A stretch of DNA of 64,000 nucleotides from NCBI GenBank assembly GCA_951406725.2, contig OX597815.1, positions 109,058,001-109,122,000 on the forward strand, written 5' to 3'. Shown here piece by piece: positions 1 through 14,178 of the stretch. The translations under genes and the position numbers were made by a program. Below the pieces are notes generated by a model. The model worked only from the letters and a program-made list of their open reading frames with translations. It ran no database searches and was not told where the DNA came from. This stretch comes from Octopus vulgaris (taxonomy: Eukaryota). Position 1 is the first letter of the stretch. Each line of letters begins with the position of its first letter.

Positions 1-928
1 ATATTGTCGTCAATCCTAAATGAAGCAGTCTTTGCATTCTTCAACAATTCGGTCGTCATTCACCTGATATACTTCTTAGACCTATTACGGAATTTAACTG
101 ATTAAGAGAAATACTTGAACGTCAAAGACAGGCGTGGATATGGATACACACGCCTGTGTGCTAGTGTGTTTGTATGTGTGCGTGTAGTTGTCTCAGTCAG
201 AAATCGGTGATGGTGTAAACAAAAGTAAGTATACCGGATAACAGCGGTACTTTTTAAAGTAATTCTCGCATATTTTTTCTTCACCATGTTACATAAGCAT
301 TCTCTAATCATTCTCAGCATCGTAAATGTAATTAGCCATGGTTGATTCGGTGGAAACATATAGCTAAACATAGACGTAGTTGCTGTAGTCTATAAAGTAC
401 TAAAAGATGATAATTCTTGATGTATAGAAGAGTACAAACTAATCAAAACAATTCCATTTTTCAATCTGTGGTGCGATAAAATATGTAGTGTGAGGACTTT
501 GCTTCCTCTTCACAACAAGATTAAAATGTGTTTTTAAAAATACATATCCTACATTATATTTCAAGTGATAGTGCACATTGCCAAATAGAGTACTTATATG
601 ATATAGTACTAACATATAAAGCGCCCTGATGAGATACTTTCATTTAAAATATATAAGAAAATCCAACTTTTGAATAAAATGCTCAAATTAATCATGCAAC
701 AATATAAACAGCAGTAAGTCAATGTATTAATTTTATATTAAAATAAACTTTCTTTCGATGCGACATGTAAGTTTTATGCTACGAGTCATATTTGAAAGTT
801 TAGTTAATATTTCATGGTTTTAATACACTGACAATACACAATTAATACGATTAAGTCGAAATAATTGAATATACATTTCATAGACACAAGTACTCATGCA
901 ACGAAATAATATTTTTTTTCACTTCAAG

Positions 929-1048
929 GTTGCAGAATAAACGGTAGTTGTCAGGACGCTGGAACGAGAATAAAATCTGAAGATGGATGTGTTGTGAGTA
1001 TTTGTGACAGAATGGGGAAAGGATTTGGACATTATACTGAAGCAGCCG
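929..1048 (+). CDS. Gene A internal exon, Cys-rich module (G)CRINGSCQDAGTRIKSEDGCVVSICDRMGKGFGHYTEAA
   Basis: ttttttttcacttcaAG acceptor and G|GTAAGC donor; 120 nt, phase 1-1, open frame; 4-Cys spacing matches the exon at 32251. Confidence 0.85.
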
Positions 1049-1483
1049 GTAAGCTTAAATTTATATGCTCAGTCCATATGCCAATAGAAATTTAAGCAAT
1101 ATTTATTAAACTTATATATATACATTAGTTACATGAAATAATTTGCATACTCATATAAGTAAATGTGGTCAACGTATTCGAAACATTTTAATTCCATTAC
1201 ATTTCTTATTCGAATGCATTATGAAAACATAATTATATCTTTCACTTTTGTGGAAAATTCATTTTTAATTTTACAGATTTTGGAACTAATTTTACGGATT
1301 TAAAAAATTTAATGTAGAATCATCCATATGTATGTTTTGAATAATTAACACTTATTTATGAATATTTAATATTCATAAACACATCTAATTAGCAATGGCA
1401 TTGTTTACATATACGAGGTATATAAAATTAATTGTACAATACTGCGAAGCACTTTTGTAATGTAACAAATTTATTTTGCCTAG

Positions 1484-1597
1484 GTTGTATTTTGAACAAC
1501 AAATGTTATCCTCCAGGATGGCAACATCAAGAAAGCTCCTGCATCTCTTTTAAATGCCAAAGTAGCTATAAAGAATATTACTGGGAGAAAATAATAC
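1484..1597 (+). CDS. Gene A internal exon, Cys-rich module (G)CILNNKCYPPGWQHQESSCISFKCQSSYKEYYWEKII
   Basis: ttattttgcctAG acceptor, C|GTACGT donor; 114 nt, phase 1-1; same C-x5-CY-xx-G..C-x4-C..YxW pattern as the 123-nt exons of gene B. Confidence 0.85.
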
Positions 1598-1953
1598 GTA
1601 CGTCAAAATCTTTTACTTCTTTCTAATTTAATTATACAAGCGAAATATATTTAAATAAAATCAATTAATCCCTTTACAGCTCAATAGAAATTGTGCTATC
1701 ATAGATATATAGACAAGAAATAATAAAGAAAATATAATCATTATAACGTCATTATTTGTAAAATGCAAGCAACTGAATTTCTTTTACGTTAAAGTTGAGA
1801 AAACTGTTTAATGGTTTCTTAAGCATTCCCGGCACACGCTGAAAAATAAATTATGTTGTTTATTTGTTTATATCTTTAATTCGTATAAACAAATTGACTG
1901 TTTAATTTATCTGAGAATTTATTTATCAGTGCATCAGAAATTTTCGTTTTAGA

Positions 1954-2858
1954 CATGCAAGGTTTGATCAATAAATAGCTGGACTGTTAACATTGTAACG
2001 AAGCTAAAGCACGCTCAGTAAAACCGTTTGGCACCGATTGAATTTGAACTTTGTTGTGCACGCACACTAAGTTTTAACGTTCTAGCTCACTTCCACTGTT
2101 TGAAGCAGTGCTTGGAAGGAAGGTGTGTAGCGTTTGATCGTCACATTGAACATGACAGAGAAAGTTGTCGTGTCAATACATGCTCAGAGGCCTACGCAAA
2201 GTTGCAGAAAGTTATGAAGTGGAGTGTATAAGTCGCACACAAGTGTACGAGCGGTTCAGTCATTTCCAAGATGGCAGGAAAAATGTCGTTATTAACGAAC
2301 GTCTCGGGAGACCCACAACCAGCACAACTGAGAAAAACATCGCAGATCTGTGTGTAGCTGTGAGGGAAATCGTCGAATCAACATCCGTGAGTTATCAGAG
2401 GATGTGCAGATTAGTAACGGTTCAGTTCAGTCCAGTCCATTATCACTGAAGATTTGGGTATGAGACGCGTGACTGCCAAGTCTGTGCCAAAACTGCTTTC
2501 AGTTGATCAAAAGGACATTCGGGTTTCAGTTGCATAAGCTCTCCTTGATTGTATCTAAAACGATGAAAACGTTTTGAAAACTTTGTGGAAGCCACTGAGC
2601 AGGTATCGACAAAATTTTGGCAAAATTTGATGCAGATTCTCTGCTCAACTTTCTCTGTGATGGTCAATTCGACGATCATGCAGTACACACCTTCCTTCTA
2701 AGCACTTCTGTAAATAGCAGAAGTGAGCTAAAACGTTAAAACTTAGTGTACATGTACATCAGAGTTCAAGGTCAATTTGTGCTAAGCAGCTTTACTCTCT
2801 GTGTTTTAGCTTTGTTACTATAGCAACAGTCCGGATACTTATTGATCAAACCACATAT
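1954..2858. mobile_element. Defective mariner-type element built from two inward-facing 5' ends
   Basis: ~200-bp imperfect inverted termini (ggtttgatcaataa... / ...ttattgatcaaacc); + strand fragment SRTQVYERFSHFQDGR..ERLGRPTTS and - strand fragment EQRICIKFC are both mariner transposase N-terminal HTH motifs. Confidence 0.75.
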
Positions 2859-3324
2859 ATGACGAAATGGATTACTTTAGTGCATTACATTTGTAATTTG
2901 TGTCTAACAGCAAGGATGTTAGATAAGCCTTTCTTCGATTTAAAGTGTCCTGATTTTGGATATGATATTAAAGACTGGAAATCACTTACATTAACCTCTT
3001 TTCCTTCTTAATTTCATTTTGCAAGTATCTATATACCCGTCGTTTAATATTCAATGAAAATGCATTAAGATAATGCTCTTCACCACTAAAATATTTTATG
3101 GTCATGAGGCATTAAAGAGAAGCGCTTCTTCTGTGATAATTGCAAACATGATAACTTTATATGCTGTTGTCTGTTTAATCTGAAATATACTGACGTAAAA
3201 CAAATCCAATATTTTTTAATTAACAAATCCTTTTCAATATAATGTAGAATCATCCATACCTATATTTTGAATAATTAACAACTGCTTATCAATTTCTGTC
3301 TCTTATCAATATTCAGTATTATGA

Positions 3325-3722
3325 AAGTGGCGAGCTGGCAGAAACGTTAGCACGCCGAGCGAAATGCGTAGCCGTATTTCGTCTGCCGTTCCGTTCTGAG
3401 TTCACATTCCGCCGAGGTCGACTTTGCCTTTCATCCTTTCGGGCTCGATAAATTAAGTACCATTTACGCACTGGAGTCGATGTAATCGACTTAATCCGTT
3501 TGTCTGTCCTTGTTTGTCCTCTCTGTGTTTAGCCCCTTGTGGGTAGTAAAGAAATAAGTATTTCGTCTGTCTTTACGTTCTGAGTTCAAATTCCGCCGAG
3601 GTCGACTTAGTCTTTCATCCTTTCATGGTCGATAAGTTAAGTACCAGTTACGTACTGGAGTCGTATTAGTCGACTAGCTCCCTCCCCAAAACTTTCGAGC
3701 CTTATACCTAGACTAGAAAAGA
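3325..3722 (+). mobile_element. SINE (GGCGAGCTGGCAGAAACGTTAGCACGCC family) with internal dimeric repeat
   Basis: Same sequence recurs at 17165-17619(-), 32486-32710, 33505-33940 and 39863-40225. Confidence 0.75.
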
Positions 3723-4376
3723 ATGTTCAGTATCAAGATGAATGAAGTACTTCACTAATACTTACATTTTCCATAATTCGAGTATTTGGATCTGTTTGCA
3801 TGAGGATCCTAAACCTAGAGGAAATGTTGGTTTCGAATTTTGATTCAAAGCCAGAAATTTTCGGAGATGCGAGTAAGTCGATTACATTGACTCCAGTACT
3901 CATCTGATACTTGTTTTAGTGAGCCGGAAAGGAGGGGCGGCAAAGTTGACTGGCAGAATTTGAACTCAAATCTTAAAAATGGACAAAATATCTCTAAGCA
4001 TTTTACTCGGCATGCTAACGATTCTTCCTGCGCGACGCCTTGCCAAGATGAAATATTAACATAATGATGATATATAGGTAATGGTAAGTTTTCATTGCTA
4101 TCTCATCCGAGCATAAGTCACAAATTATTAATCACGTGTTAATGTTATGCTTGATTTTGTTAAGATTGTTACTCACTTATTTCTGTTCTTGATAGAACTA
4201 TGGATAAGTTTTTGTTTTATTTCATTTTATTAAGATAGTAAAAAAAAGATATTTCACATTAATATGTGATTTATTTCATTTCATACCTTTCATTTGATTG
4301 TTTGAACCGAAGTATCTATTTCACTGTCAATTATTAATAGTATGCTTTATTTCTTTTCTTTTCTTTAACTCTCTAG

Positions 4377-4384
4377 GTTGCTGA
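4377..4384 (+). CDS. Gene A candidate terminal exon coding part: (R)C-stop
   Basis: Long polypyrimidine tract ttcttttcttttctttaactctctAG then GT TGC TGA, phase-compatible with the 1597 donor; AATAAA at 4487-4492. Confidence 0.6.
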
Positions 4385-4529
4385 TATGAAAACGTTGATG
4401 TACCATATTTGAACCTAGAGATATATATGAGTTCAAATAATCAAGTTAACATCAGTTGTAAGATATACACAGAGCGCGTGAACGTAAATAAAAACCAGGA
4501 TTGAATATATATATGAGTATTCAGGACAT

Positions 4530-4739
4530 GGACAAAATCGAACACATATACACAGGGTGTGTTGTTAGTTCGTAGTTCGGCTGCTAGGGAATACATTCTC
4601 AAAACGCCCGGTGATAAAAACACCTGAAGGTAAAAACACCTGGCGCATTGGGAATAATATTCCCTTAAGCCTAAAATGCAGCCAACGCACGAGCTAACAG
4701 CACATACACACCTTGTGCATGTGTGTTCGATTTTGTTTA
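4530..4739. mobile_element. Small MITE-like element
   Basis: ~55-bp imperfect TIRs: acaaaatcgaacacatatacacagggtgtg...ggctgc / gcagcc...cacaccttgtgcatgtgtgttcgattttgt. Confidence 0.55.
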
Positions 4740-5167
4740 AATACCTCGAGCAGCTTCTAATTCATATCAGTACGGAGTTATCATAACAGTTATTGTTAAC
4801 AATTAATTTAGTAGTTTCATTAAATGTTTTTTTTTTTTTCAAATACAATGACAACTGCAATAATATTTGTAGCATGATGATAACTTCTTAAAGAGCTGTG
4901 CATGAAACAATTGGGCCCGCTTTATGGAGTTTCAAATAACCAAAGTGTTAGCGTGCAAAGTTCAGTCAATAAATGTATAAGCGAAAGATGACATCACACC
5001 TAAGCAATTTATTTCTGTAAGAAACAACACACCTAACTTGTAATTTTTATATTTTTATAGTTTTGAAAATATCATCAATGCTTAATAAATTATATTGAAA
5101 ATAAACTTGAGTATTTCAATCATTACGGTAGTTGAATTTTATTAAGAAAATTTGATTTTATCGTTAA

Positions 5168-6266
5168 CTAGCATTATGACCCGTCGTTGCCGGGTCATAG
5201 TGCTAGTGCATGTATGTATGTGTATATATATGAGTACGTATTACATGTGCATCTATATATATACATCTACACATAAAATACAAAATACAAAGTTATATCT
5301 TGATATCGCTAGGGATAACAATACTCAAAATATATAAGAGACTGGAATTGTTAGCCCGTCTCTTGTAATTTCGATCAATTGTATCTTGTCCTCCCTCTTG
5401 TATAGAAGTGTGGCTACAATCCAGCCTACCTCTACTTCTGGGAGAACATTTTTAATTTTTATCCGGGACGTCCTACGTCCAGGTATAAAGCTAACAATAA
5501 AATATTTCCACTTTGCAAGTTCGAGTCGAGTACTCCCTTGCACGCTCCGTTGACTCGAACCTTGCTTCTATTGTGGCGAATTTACCGCCTCTGATTAGAT
5601 ATCTTTCACAGTCGCATCAAGACACTTTCGAATGTGCTTCCTCCAGGTGTTCAAATCTTCTTTTTTCTCTACATTTTTGATTTTTGATTTTTCCAGTTTC
5701 AGCTAATGAGCTGTGGCCATGCTGGGCACCGCCTGAGTATTCATTGTATACTTTATAGACAATAGTCTTTTCTTTAATTTAATTGTTTATTATCCATCTG
5801 GACTATTCCATTTCTGCACGCTAATTTTATTTTTAATTTATTCCCATTCATGTGAAACCACTTATTCAAGTTCAAATCATTGATGCAATTTTATACCAAT
5901 TGCTATTTTTACTTTTTTATGTTACAATTATATTATACTTTAGTTTGATTTTAATTATTACTTACTACATATAATTCAATTGTAATTATTATTTTTATTG
6001 TTAAAGTGAAAGCATCTGACATAAAATAGAGAAATGTGTTTTTCACTTTTAACATGTAATACTGAAATAGTGGAGAAAATATGATATTGCTATGGGCTCG
6101 CTCTAGGCAAGAAATTGAACATTTTTTTGCCCATGAAACTACATGGACCCTAAGTAAGGCATGTGTAAAATTTGAATGAAATTGGTTGTGTAGTTCTCAA
6201 GTTTTAGGGAAACACACAGACAGACAGACAGACAGACACACATTCTCAGTTTTATATATAGAGAGA
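5168..6266 (-). mobile_element. Non-autonomous Helitron-like element
   Basis: Minus strand starts TC(TC)TATATATAAAA followed by (CTGT)n and ends with hairpin gacccggcaacgacgggtc then CTAG|T, the canonical Helitron 3' end. Confidence 0.6.
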
Positions 6267-6734
6267 TTAAACAACATGTATGCTGTTTATTTTGTATTAG
6301 TTAATGGTACAAATGACTGTAGCTAGGCATTTTGGACGTTAAGTAGAATACGGCAGAATACAGAACTACAATAATAATAACCTCGATGTGGTCTGCGATC
6401 TACAAGCAATGTAAATTTGAAGGAGAGAGTGAGATAATGTACATTACAATCATTTGATCACAAAAGCAAATGGTCAGAGCGGGTTTTGATGTAAAAACTT
6501 TGCTGAAGAAGCATTTGTCGTCTACAATAGAGAAGTCCATCTTATAATAGCTGATAATTGGTGAGAAGATATTTCCCCGAGCGAAATATTCAAAGATAAA
6601 TGTAACATTGACTGAGTTTAAGAAAAATATAAAGGTTTTCATATCTATTTAAGATAAAATTTAATATCATAGATTAAAACATGAACATATTTAATAAATG
6701 TTCATGTTTTAACCTACAATGTTCAAGAGCCATC

Positions 6735-6957
6735 GGGTCATAAATCCGGTTTCCTGGAATCTGAGGCGTATACATTCTCCTCCTGGTGGGTCGCTAGTCC
6801 ATCGTAGGATAACTCATATTTGCCAGTTGAATGGGCTGGAGCAACGTGACACGAAGTATTATGCTTAAGAACACAACGCATCACCCAGTCCAGGTTTCGA
6901 AACCTCAATTTTACGATCATGAATGCAAAACTCTGACCACTAAGCCACTTGCCACCA
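6735..6957 (-). mobile_element. tRNA-derived SINE fragment
   Basis: Minus strand GGTGGCAAGTGGCTTAGTGGTCAGAG...GGTTTCGAAACCTGG (A/B-box-like); related to 56288-56535. Confidence 0.55.
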
Positions 6958-7067
6958 TATAATACACACGCGCGCACACACACACAGCGTAAATGCATAA
7001 GTGGGTGTCAATTTAAATAATATAAATCGTTTTCAGTGCGTGAAGGAGATTAAGTATACATTTAGAT

Positions 7068-8103
7068 ATACGCGCTAGTACCAAAGGGTTCCCGGACTAG
7101 TTATGTTTAATAAAAAAAATAACTTATTTACCTAAGTTTTAACATCTACTCCTCTGAGATAGTCACCTTGTGCAGCAATACACCGGTCCTAGTGTTCCCA
7201 CCACTTTTGGAATCCGACCAGGAATTCTATCTCTTGTTAAATCCGGCGGACAGAGCGGATGCGGAAGCGATACCACGTTTTTAGTGAGAAGGACACCGTG
7301 ACCCGACTTTTCGTCCGATGTCACTTTGTTCAACGTCACTTCGTCTTCGTCTGTTGGCCGAAGTCATTGTGTTCGATGATTTTTTGTCCAATGCATTTTT
7401 GTCCAGTTTTAAATAAACTCTTTAGAAAACAAGGTGAACATCAAAATCAAATAATCATTGAGAATTGTATTGATAGGATTTGTCTTTGGACAAAAAAATC
7501 ATGGGAAAAAAAGACGTCGGACGGTAAGACGTTTGACAAAAAGACATAGCACCGAAACTCACGAATGAGAAAAGTTCGGTGACAGGAAAGCTCGGTGACG
7601 GGTTGAAGATTCCAGGCGTTAGTATTGCCTGCACGGACCTATACAATAGATCAACAACATTAGCAATACCGTTGATTGTCCTCCGATGGTCCTCATGCAC
7701 AAGCTGGTGAATTTTCTCCCCATTTCTGGGGACTAAGCTCGTGCCAGCTCTTCCAGATCGCTCATCGCTTTCCAACGATGTTCTTCTGCTTTTGAAGCAC
7801 CCGTGCCACTCGAAACATTGCGTACAACCGATGGCCTTGTCACTATAAGCTTGCCGAAGCATGTTCACTGTCTAAGCTTAATGTAAAATTTTACGTTGGC
7901 TCTTTGCTCCAACTTATTGTCCATGACAAAATCGCAGACTACAGCATACACGTGGTTAGAAAAGCATACATTTCACGAGTTAGAGAGTAAACACAGCGAT
8001 GTCATTGGCACAATACCTCATGAAAGTTGCGCACGCAGCCGTCTGCTGCCATCTGTTGGTGCGCTACAGAATTAGTCCGGGAACTTTTTAATACTACCTC
8101 GTA
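7068..8103 (-). mobile_element. Defective mariner element with TIRs and an unrelated internal insertion (~7230-7610)
   Basis: TIR tacgcgctagtaccaaagggttcccggactagtt vs reverse complement tacgaggtagtattaaaaagttcccggactaatt; ORF fragment MLRQAYSDKAIGCTQCFEWHGCFKSRRTSLESDERSGR is a mariner HTH region. Confidence 0.75.
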
Positions 8104-8843
8104 TAATACTGCTACATTACCGAAGTGCAAAAATAGAAAAGCATCTTCGAAGAAGAATTTTACAATTTGTTGATCGTTCATTACAAAAGACTTTCTGACC
8201 TTCTTTCTTCGAGCAATGTCACTGATAAACCGTGAGACTCCCACTCTTTGACAAAATTCAGTAGTATAGAAGAAATGAGTTTGCATTCTTATTCAACAGC
8301 GAACGTTCGTAATATTTAAATTTACTTCGGATTTTATTAGTATAATAATTTACGAATTTATATTAGTAGTTGTGTTCTGCACGAATATACAAATTAAGCT
8401 ACCCACTTATCTATAACCTAATTAATGACTTCAGTTTGGATCATTGTGTGTGTATATGTATTTGTTTAAGTTTACATATTTCTAAAGAATCATTGGAATT
8501 TTTTTGTTGAATGAATCCTGTGTCCTCCCAATATTGCAAAATTAGGTTACTTAGGGTGAGCCTGGTAACTGATGGTTTTGGGGTCTTGTTGTAACTTTTG
8601 GTGACCCATGGTGCAACCAACAACATGGTAAAAATCCCTGCCATTTATTTGGTGTGGATGGGTTACATCAAATAATTCAATTATAACATATATTTAAATT
8701 AAACATGAAAAAATATTGAGATATCATCACTTATATGGAAAAATTGAAATATTATATTTCAGTATTTTATAAGGTAAAATCTTAAATTATTAATTGACAC
8801 ATTTATTAATTATCATATAACAGCAATGCCTGGAAAATCATGG

Positions 8844-9355
8844 ATTACATGGAAAAATTCGAGCATGAAATGTAATATTCTTAAGATTATAAACCTGGAA
8901 AAGTACAAAGCAAGTTTTTACACCTGGAAAAGTAAAGGAGTAGCTATTACTTCTAGTAAAGTAAAGAATAAGAAACTTTTTTAAATATTGCAGCTAAAAC
9001 TAAAATTTGAATATTAAAACTTTATTTATTATAGTTTACAAATAACGCTATACTTATTTAAGTAGAATTTGGCTAATTTACTACCTTAAATACCGAAAAT
9101 AGTGACTAATTGGACAAGCTTACAAATTAGCTGAACAGTTTTGTACAATAAATTTAAAAGATGATAACTGTAAAGAGTGATAAATTAAGAAAACTGGCAT
9201 TCTTTGCTGCAATATTTTAAGTAAAAAGTTTCTTATTCTTTACTTTATTAGAATAGCTTCTCCTATGCTTTTCATGGTGTAATAACTTGTCCTGTACTTT
9301 TCCAGGTTTATAATCTTAAGAAGATTACTTTTCATGCTTGCATTTTCCATGTAAT
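8844..9355. mobile_element. Fold-back/MITE-like element with ~150-bp imperfect arms
   Basis: 8844-9000 is the reverse complement of ~9200-9355 (cttaagattataaacctggaaaagtaca / tgtacttttccaggtttataatcttaag). Confidence 0.6.
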
Positions 9356-9793
9356 AAATACATAGATACATAAATGCTCTTTATAAGATGCGGAGCGACA
9401 CCTGTAATATAGACCACTACCAGTGGGCTCTCGTGTAAATGGATGTTTTGAATGCACTGAGGAAATACACATACGAATGCGTCAACGTGCAAATGTAAGC
9501 AACTATTTTACAGTGCCCTACATTAGAACATACCACCAACATACCAATAAGATTAAATAGATAAAAAATAAATAAACAAATGAATGATTAAATGTATATT
9601 TTCATATATGTACGATTTTGTGTATGCATAAAAATTCCAGCGTACGTGTGTGTATGTCCACTAACAGTCGCCACCAGAGAGGGATTATTCGTAACTGATC
9701 CTACTTTGCAGTGGGGTATGAGATAAATGATGGAGGTTGCCATGCATTCTACTTCTGGATAGCCAACAAGCACCATTAATCACATACTGATGA

Positions 9794-9853
<60 letters not shown>

Positions 9854-10638
9854 GGTACGCCAATATATGTGTATATGCTCAATGAACGTAGAATCCTGCC
9901 CCTTAATACTAATATAATCTTTTTGACAATTTTACTCTTTCTTTTATGATTCTGTGTCTGTAATTTACGGTGTGCGTGTGTTGTGTGTAGGTGAATGTGT
10001 GTGTATCTGTACACTTGCGTGACTGTGTGTTCGTGATCGGGAATGCACATCCTACCCGTAAACCAAAATCTAATCTTCCTTTCTTAGATTGTATTCTCTA
10101 TATTTTATCACTTACGTCATACTTTATACACCCACGGATAGTCGTTAGCCGGTCATAACCAAGATTCAGCAGGCAGGGACAACATGCCTATGACATCTCA
10201 GTTTATCTACTGGGACATCCCCTTCTTTATGCACTATCTGATGTGAAACAAATTGCACAGACTCATGCAATACAGTTAGATGCACAAAATCCTACCCATA
10301 AAGGACAGTTGAAGGATGACTCGAAACAATCGTCTTACTGAATAAAGACTAGTACCAAATCTATCTTCCGTCCTCCATCAAATATTACTATCGCAACTAA
10401 CACTACGGAATTCCTGAAATAGATCCAGCGGAAATATAATCCAATCGTGGATGACACCAGGTAGCCCAAGTAGTCACTACACACATTTTTTTTCTCTCCC
10501 TGTTTCTTTCTGTGTTCCTTTCTGTGGAAGAGCGTAGGCTCGAAACGTTAAAGACTTTTTCAATTCCCGAGCGTTATACTAATACCTATCTTTGTTTTCT
10601 ACACCACCTATCTTCATCTGTTGTTTTTCGTGAATTCT

Positions 10639-10734
<96 letters not shown>

Positions 10735-11196
10735 TAATAAATAAAATATATGCATACATACAAACATATATGTACGTACCTACATCTACATGTATATATA
10801 CATGCATATATAAATATATATACGTAAGTACAGGACACCACAAAAAGACGTAGAACTCAACAGAAACGAAAACGGAAAAGCCATTTTTTTTACAAAAGAA
10901 AGACAGAGACGCGGAATATGACGATAATGAAAACGGGACAAACATTTACAACAGAAAAACAAGGTACAGGACAAGCTACACAAGGAAAATCCCCAATCAT
11001 CAGCTGTCGCTAGTAGACTTAAGCGTGATTCGAAGGCAAGACAGGATACGACTCGTCAATACTAAGCCTTCCTGCGAGAGAATTAAAATAAAATAACCTC
11101 GCAGAGGGGTAAAACAAGCACGAAAAAATGTAACAAAAACAGGACGTAACAATAAAACTGCATAATAAAATACAAGATAAAAATACAAGTACAAGA

Positions 11197-11249
<53 letters not shown>

Positions 11250-11254
<5 letters not shown>

Positions 11255-11704
11255 AATATTAGGGAATAAATCCAAACTTACAGGGAAAAATCAGATTTAG
11301 GATTGAATCCAATTTTATAGTAAAATATTATATTATATTAAATTAGAGATAAAACCACTATTAGGCAAATCATACAATGAAAAACTTAAGCCAATACATA
11401 AGATTATTTAATTTATATTATTTAAATATATAACAAAATTATTAAAAAAAATATAATTAATATAACACTACGATCGTTTCATGGCTGTTAATTTCTTTAA
11501 ATTTTCGAGTTACAGTCATTCATCAGGTGGTTTAAATATTTAACTTGGCGAGGTTTAATCAATGAAACGATCGTAGTGTTATATTAATTATATTTTTTTA
11601 ATAATTTTGTTATATATTTAAATAATATAAATTAAATAATCTTATGTATTGGCCTAAGTTTTTCATTGTATGATTTGCCTAATAGTGGTTTTATCTCTAA
11701 TTTA

Positions 11705-11716
<12 letters not shown>
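11250..11716. mobile_element. Penelope-pLTR-like inverted-repeat insert in (TA)n
   Basis: ~155-bp near-perfect inverted arms 11327-11482 / 11562-11716 overlapping a hammerhead motif. Confidence 0.65.
11466..11529 (-). ncRNA. Minimal type-I hammerhead ribozyme
   Basis: Minus strand cac-CTGATGA-atgactgt...acagccat-GAAAC-gatc-GTA-gtg: stems I (3 bp), II and palindromic III, GUA triplet. Confidence 0.65.
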
Positions 11717-11782
<66 letters not shown>

Positions 11783-11784
11783 AT

Positions 11785-12381
<597 letters not shown>

Positions 12382-12395
12382 GTATAAATATATGT

Positions 12396-12698
12396 CGAGA
12401 CGCAATGGCCTAGTAGTTAGGGCAGCGGACTCGCGGTCGTAGGATCGCGGTTTCGATTCCCAGACCGCGCGTCGTGAGTGTTTATTGAGCGAAAGCACCT
12501 AAAGCTCCACAATCCTCCGACAGGGGGTGGTGGCGATCCCTGCTGTACTCTTTCGCCACAACTTTCTCTCACTCTTTCTTCTGTTGGCCTGCTCGCTTAG
12601 CCAGCGGGGTGGCGTCATTTGAAGGCTAAAACAATGCGAATCGCATTGTGACCACCGATGTGTAACAACATCTGATGGCCTGGTCGGTCACGGTCACG

Positions 12699-12701
<3 letters not shown>
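12396..12701 (+). mobile_element. tRNA-derived SINE
   Basis: Head GCGCAATGGCCTAGTAGTTAGGGCAGCGGACTCGCGGTCGTAGGATCGCGGTTTCGATTCC (A/B boxes), non-tRNA body and (GGTCAC)n tail. Confidence 0.7.
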
Positions 12702-12736
<35 letters not shown>

Positions 12737-12739
<3 letters not shown>

Positions 12740-13300
12740 GGAAAAGAAAACATTTTCTTTGCCAATATGCTGGAAAATGGACGCTAAATCGTCTAAACAC
12801 ATAAAATACCAGGTGTTGAAGCGAAGAAAGCAAGCTAACAGAAATTCATAAAAATATAGTTATCTTCGAATCGGTTCTGATTTCTGGATTAATTCAAAAA
12901 GGATTTTTTCCTTCATCAGTGAGGAACACGAAATAAAAATAAATGAAATACTTAGACACATCCATTTGGATATATTTAGGGTACTTAAATGTATTAATGA
13001 CTTTGCATCTGCCTTTCCGTGGGCATTTCTAATTATTTCATTTATTTTCATTTTGTGTTCCTCGCTGATGAAGGGAAAATCCTTTTTTGGATTAATCCAG
13101 AAATCGAAACCGATTCGGTGATAACTATATTTTTATCATTTCTGTTGGGTTGCTTTCCTCGTTTCGACACATGTTGTAATAACATAAGTGAAATATTTTA
13201 TGTGGTTAGACAATTTAGCGGCTATTTTTCAGCATATTGGCAAATGAAAAAAATTTCTTTTTGCATTTATAATTTTCACCTTCAAACGTATTTTTCATAT
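12737..13300. mobile_element. Diverged inverted-repeat (pLTR-like) insert
   Basis: ~12737-12945 is a diverged reverse complement of ~13040-13260; both arms carry CTGATGA...GAA remnants; flanked by (TA)n/(CA)n. Confidence 0.5.
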
Positions 13301-13315
13301 GCCGGCCACTGATAC

Positions 13316-13391
<76 letters not shown>

Positions 13392-14089
13392 ACATACATA
13401 CACATCCGTATACACACATGTATATAGATATATATGCATGTGCATGTGTGCGTGCGATGCGAGTGTGTGCGCGTACGTGCGTGCGCGCGTGTGAGTTGAT
13501 AGACTGAGGTAAATTAGTGACAGAAAAAATACAACTTTACTCTCGTCTCTGACAATTTCAATATTTGAATTTAATTTGAGCTCATAACCTTAACAGACTG
13601 ATTCGTAAGTTATGTTGACAAAATTCCAGAGCCTTTGCTTTTAATACTATTTTGACATTTTTTTCTCTAATATTATTTTACAAGACTAGACTTTAAATGG
13701 TTTCACTGTTGAACACACTTATATTCCTGTTGTTAAAAATTTAGTTCTGGGATACTAATTTTTATTTGGGCATTCGTCATCTATTATTGCAAATGGCTGA
13801 TGCTGAATTTCGTGAGTGCAGTGAGGCAAACATAAACTGTACAGAAACTTCCATACACTAACGGGGCTAGGAACTTTTCACCCCATTGTACATTCACCCA
13901 TTCAGTCATACATACATACATACATACATACATACATACATACATACATACAAACATACATACAGGTATAAATAACGTGTTTCCAATGGCCGGATAACTG
14001 AAGAGATAGCGGCGTGAATTTCCACCTCGGCATCCGAAACTCTGAGTTTTATCCTGGCTACCGAATAATTGTCACATATTACATTTACA

Positions 14090-14178
<89 letters not shown>

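Noticed and set aside
626-660. CTGATGA...GAAA hammerhead-like words
   Set aside because: No supporting stems I-III
12396-12470. tRNA-like sequences here and at 37093, 42081, 43789, 47761, 56288
   Set aside because: No complete cloverleaf; they continue into SINE bodies
13061-13125. CTGATGA...GAAAC-cgattcg-GTG motif as an active ribozyme
   Set aside because: GUG triplet and no stem I partner; at most a relic
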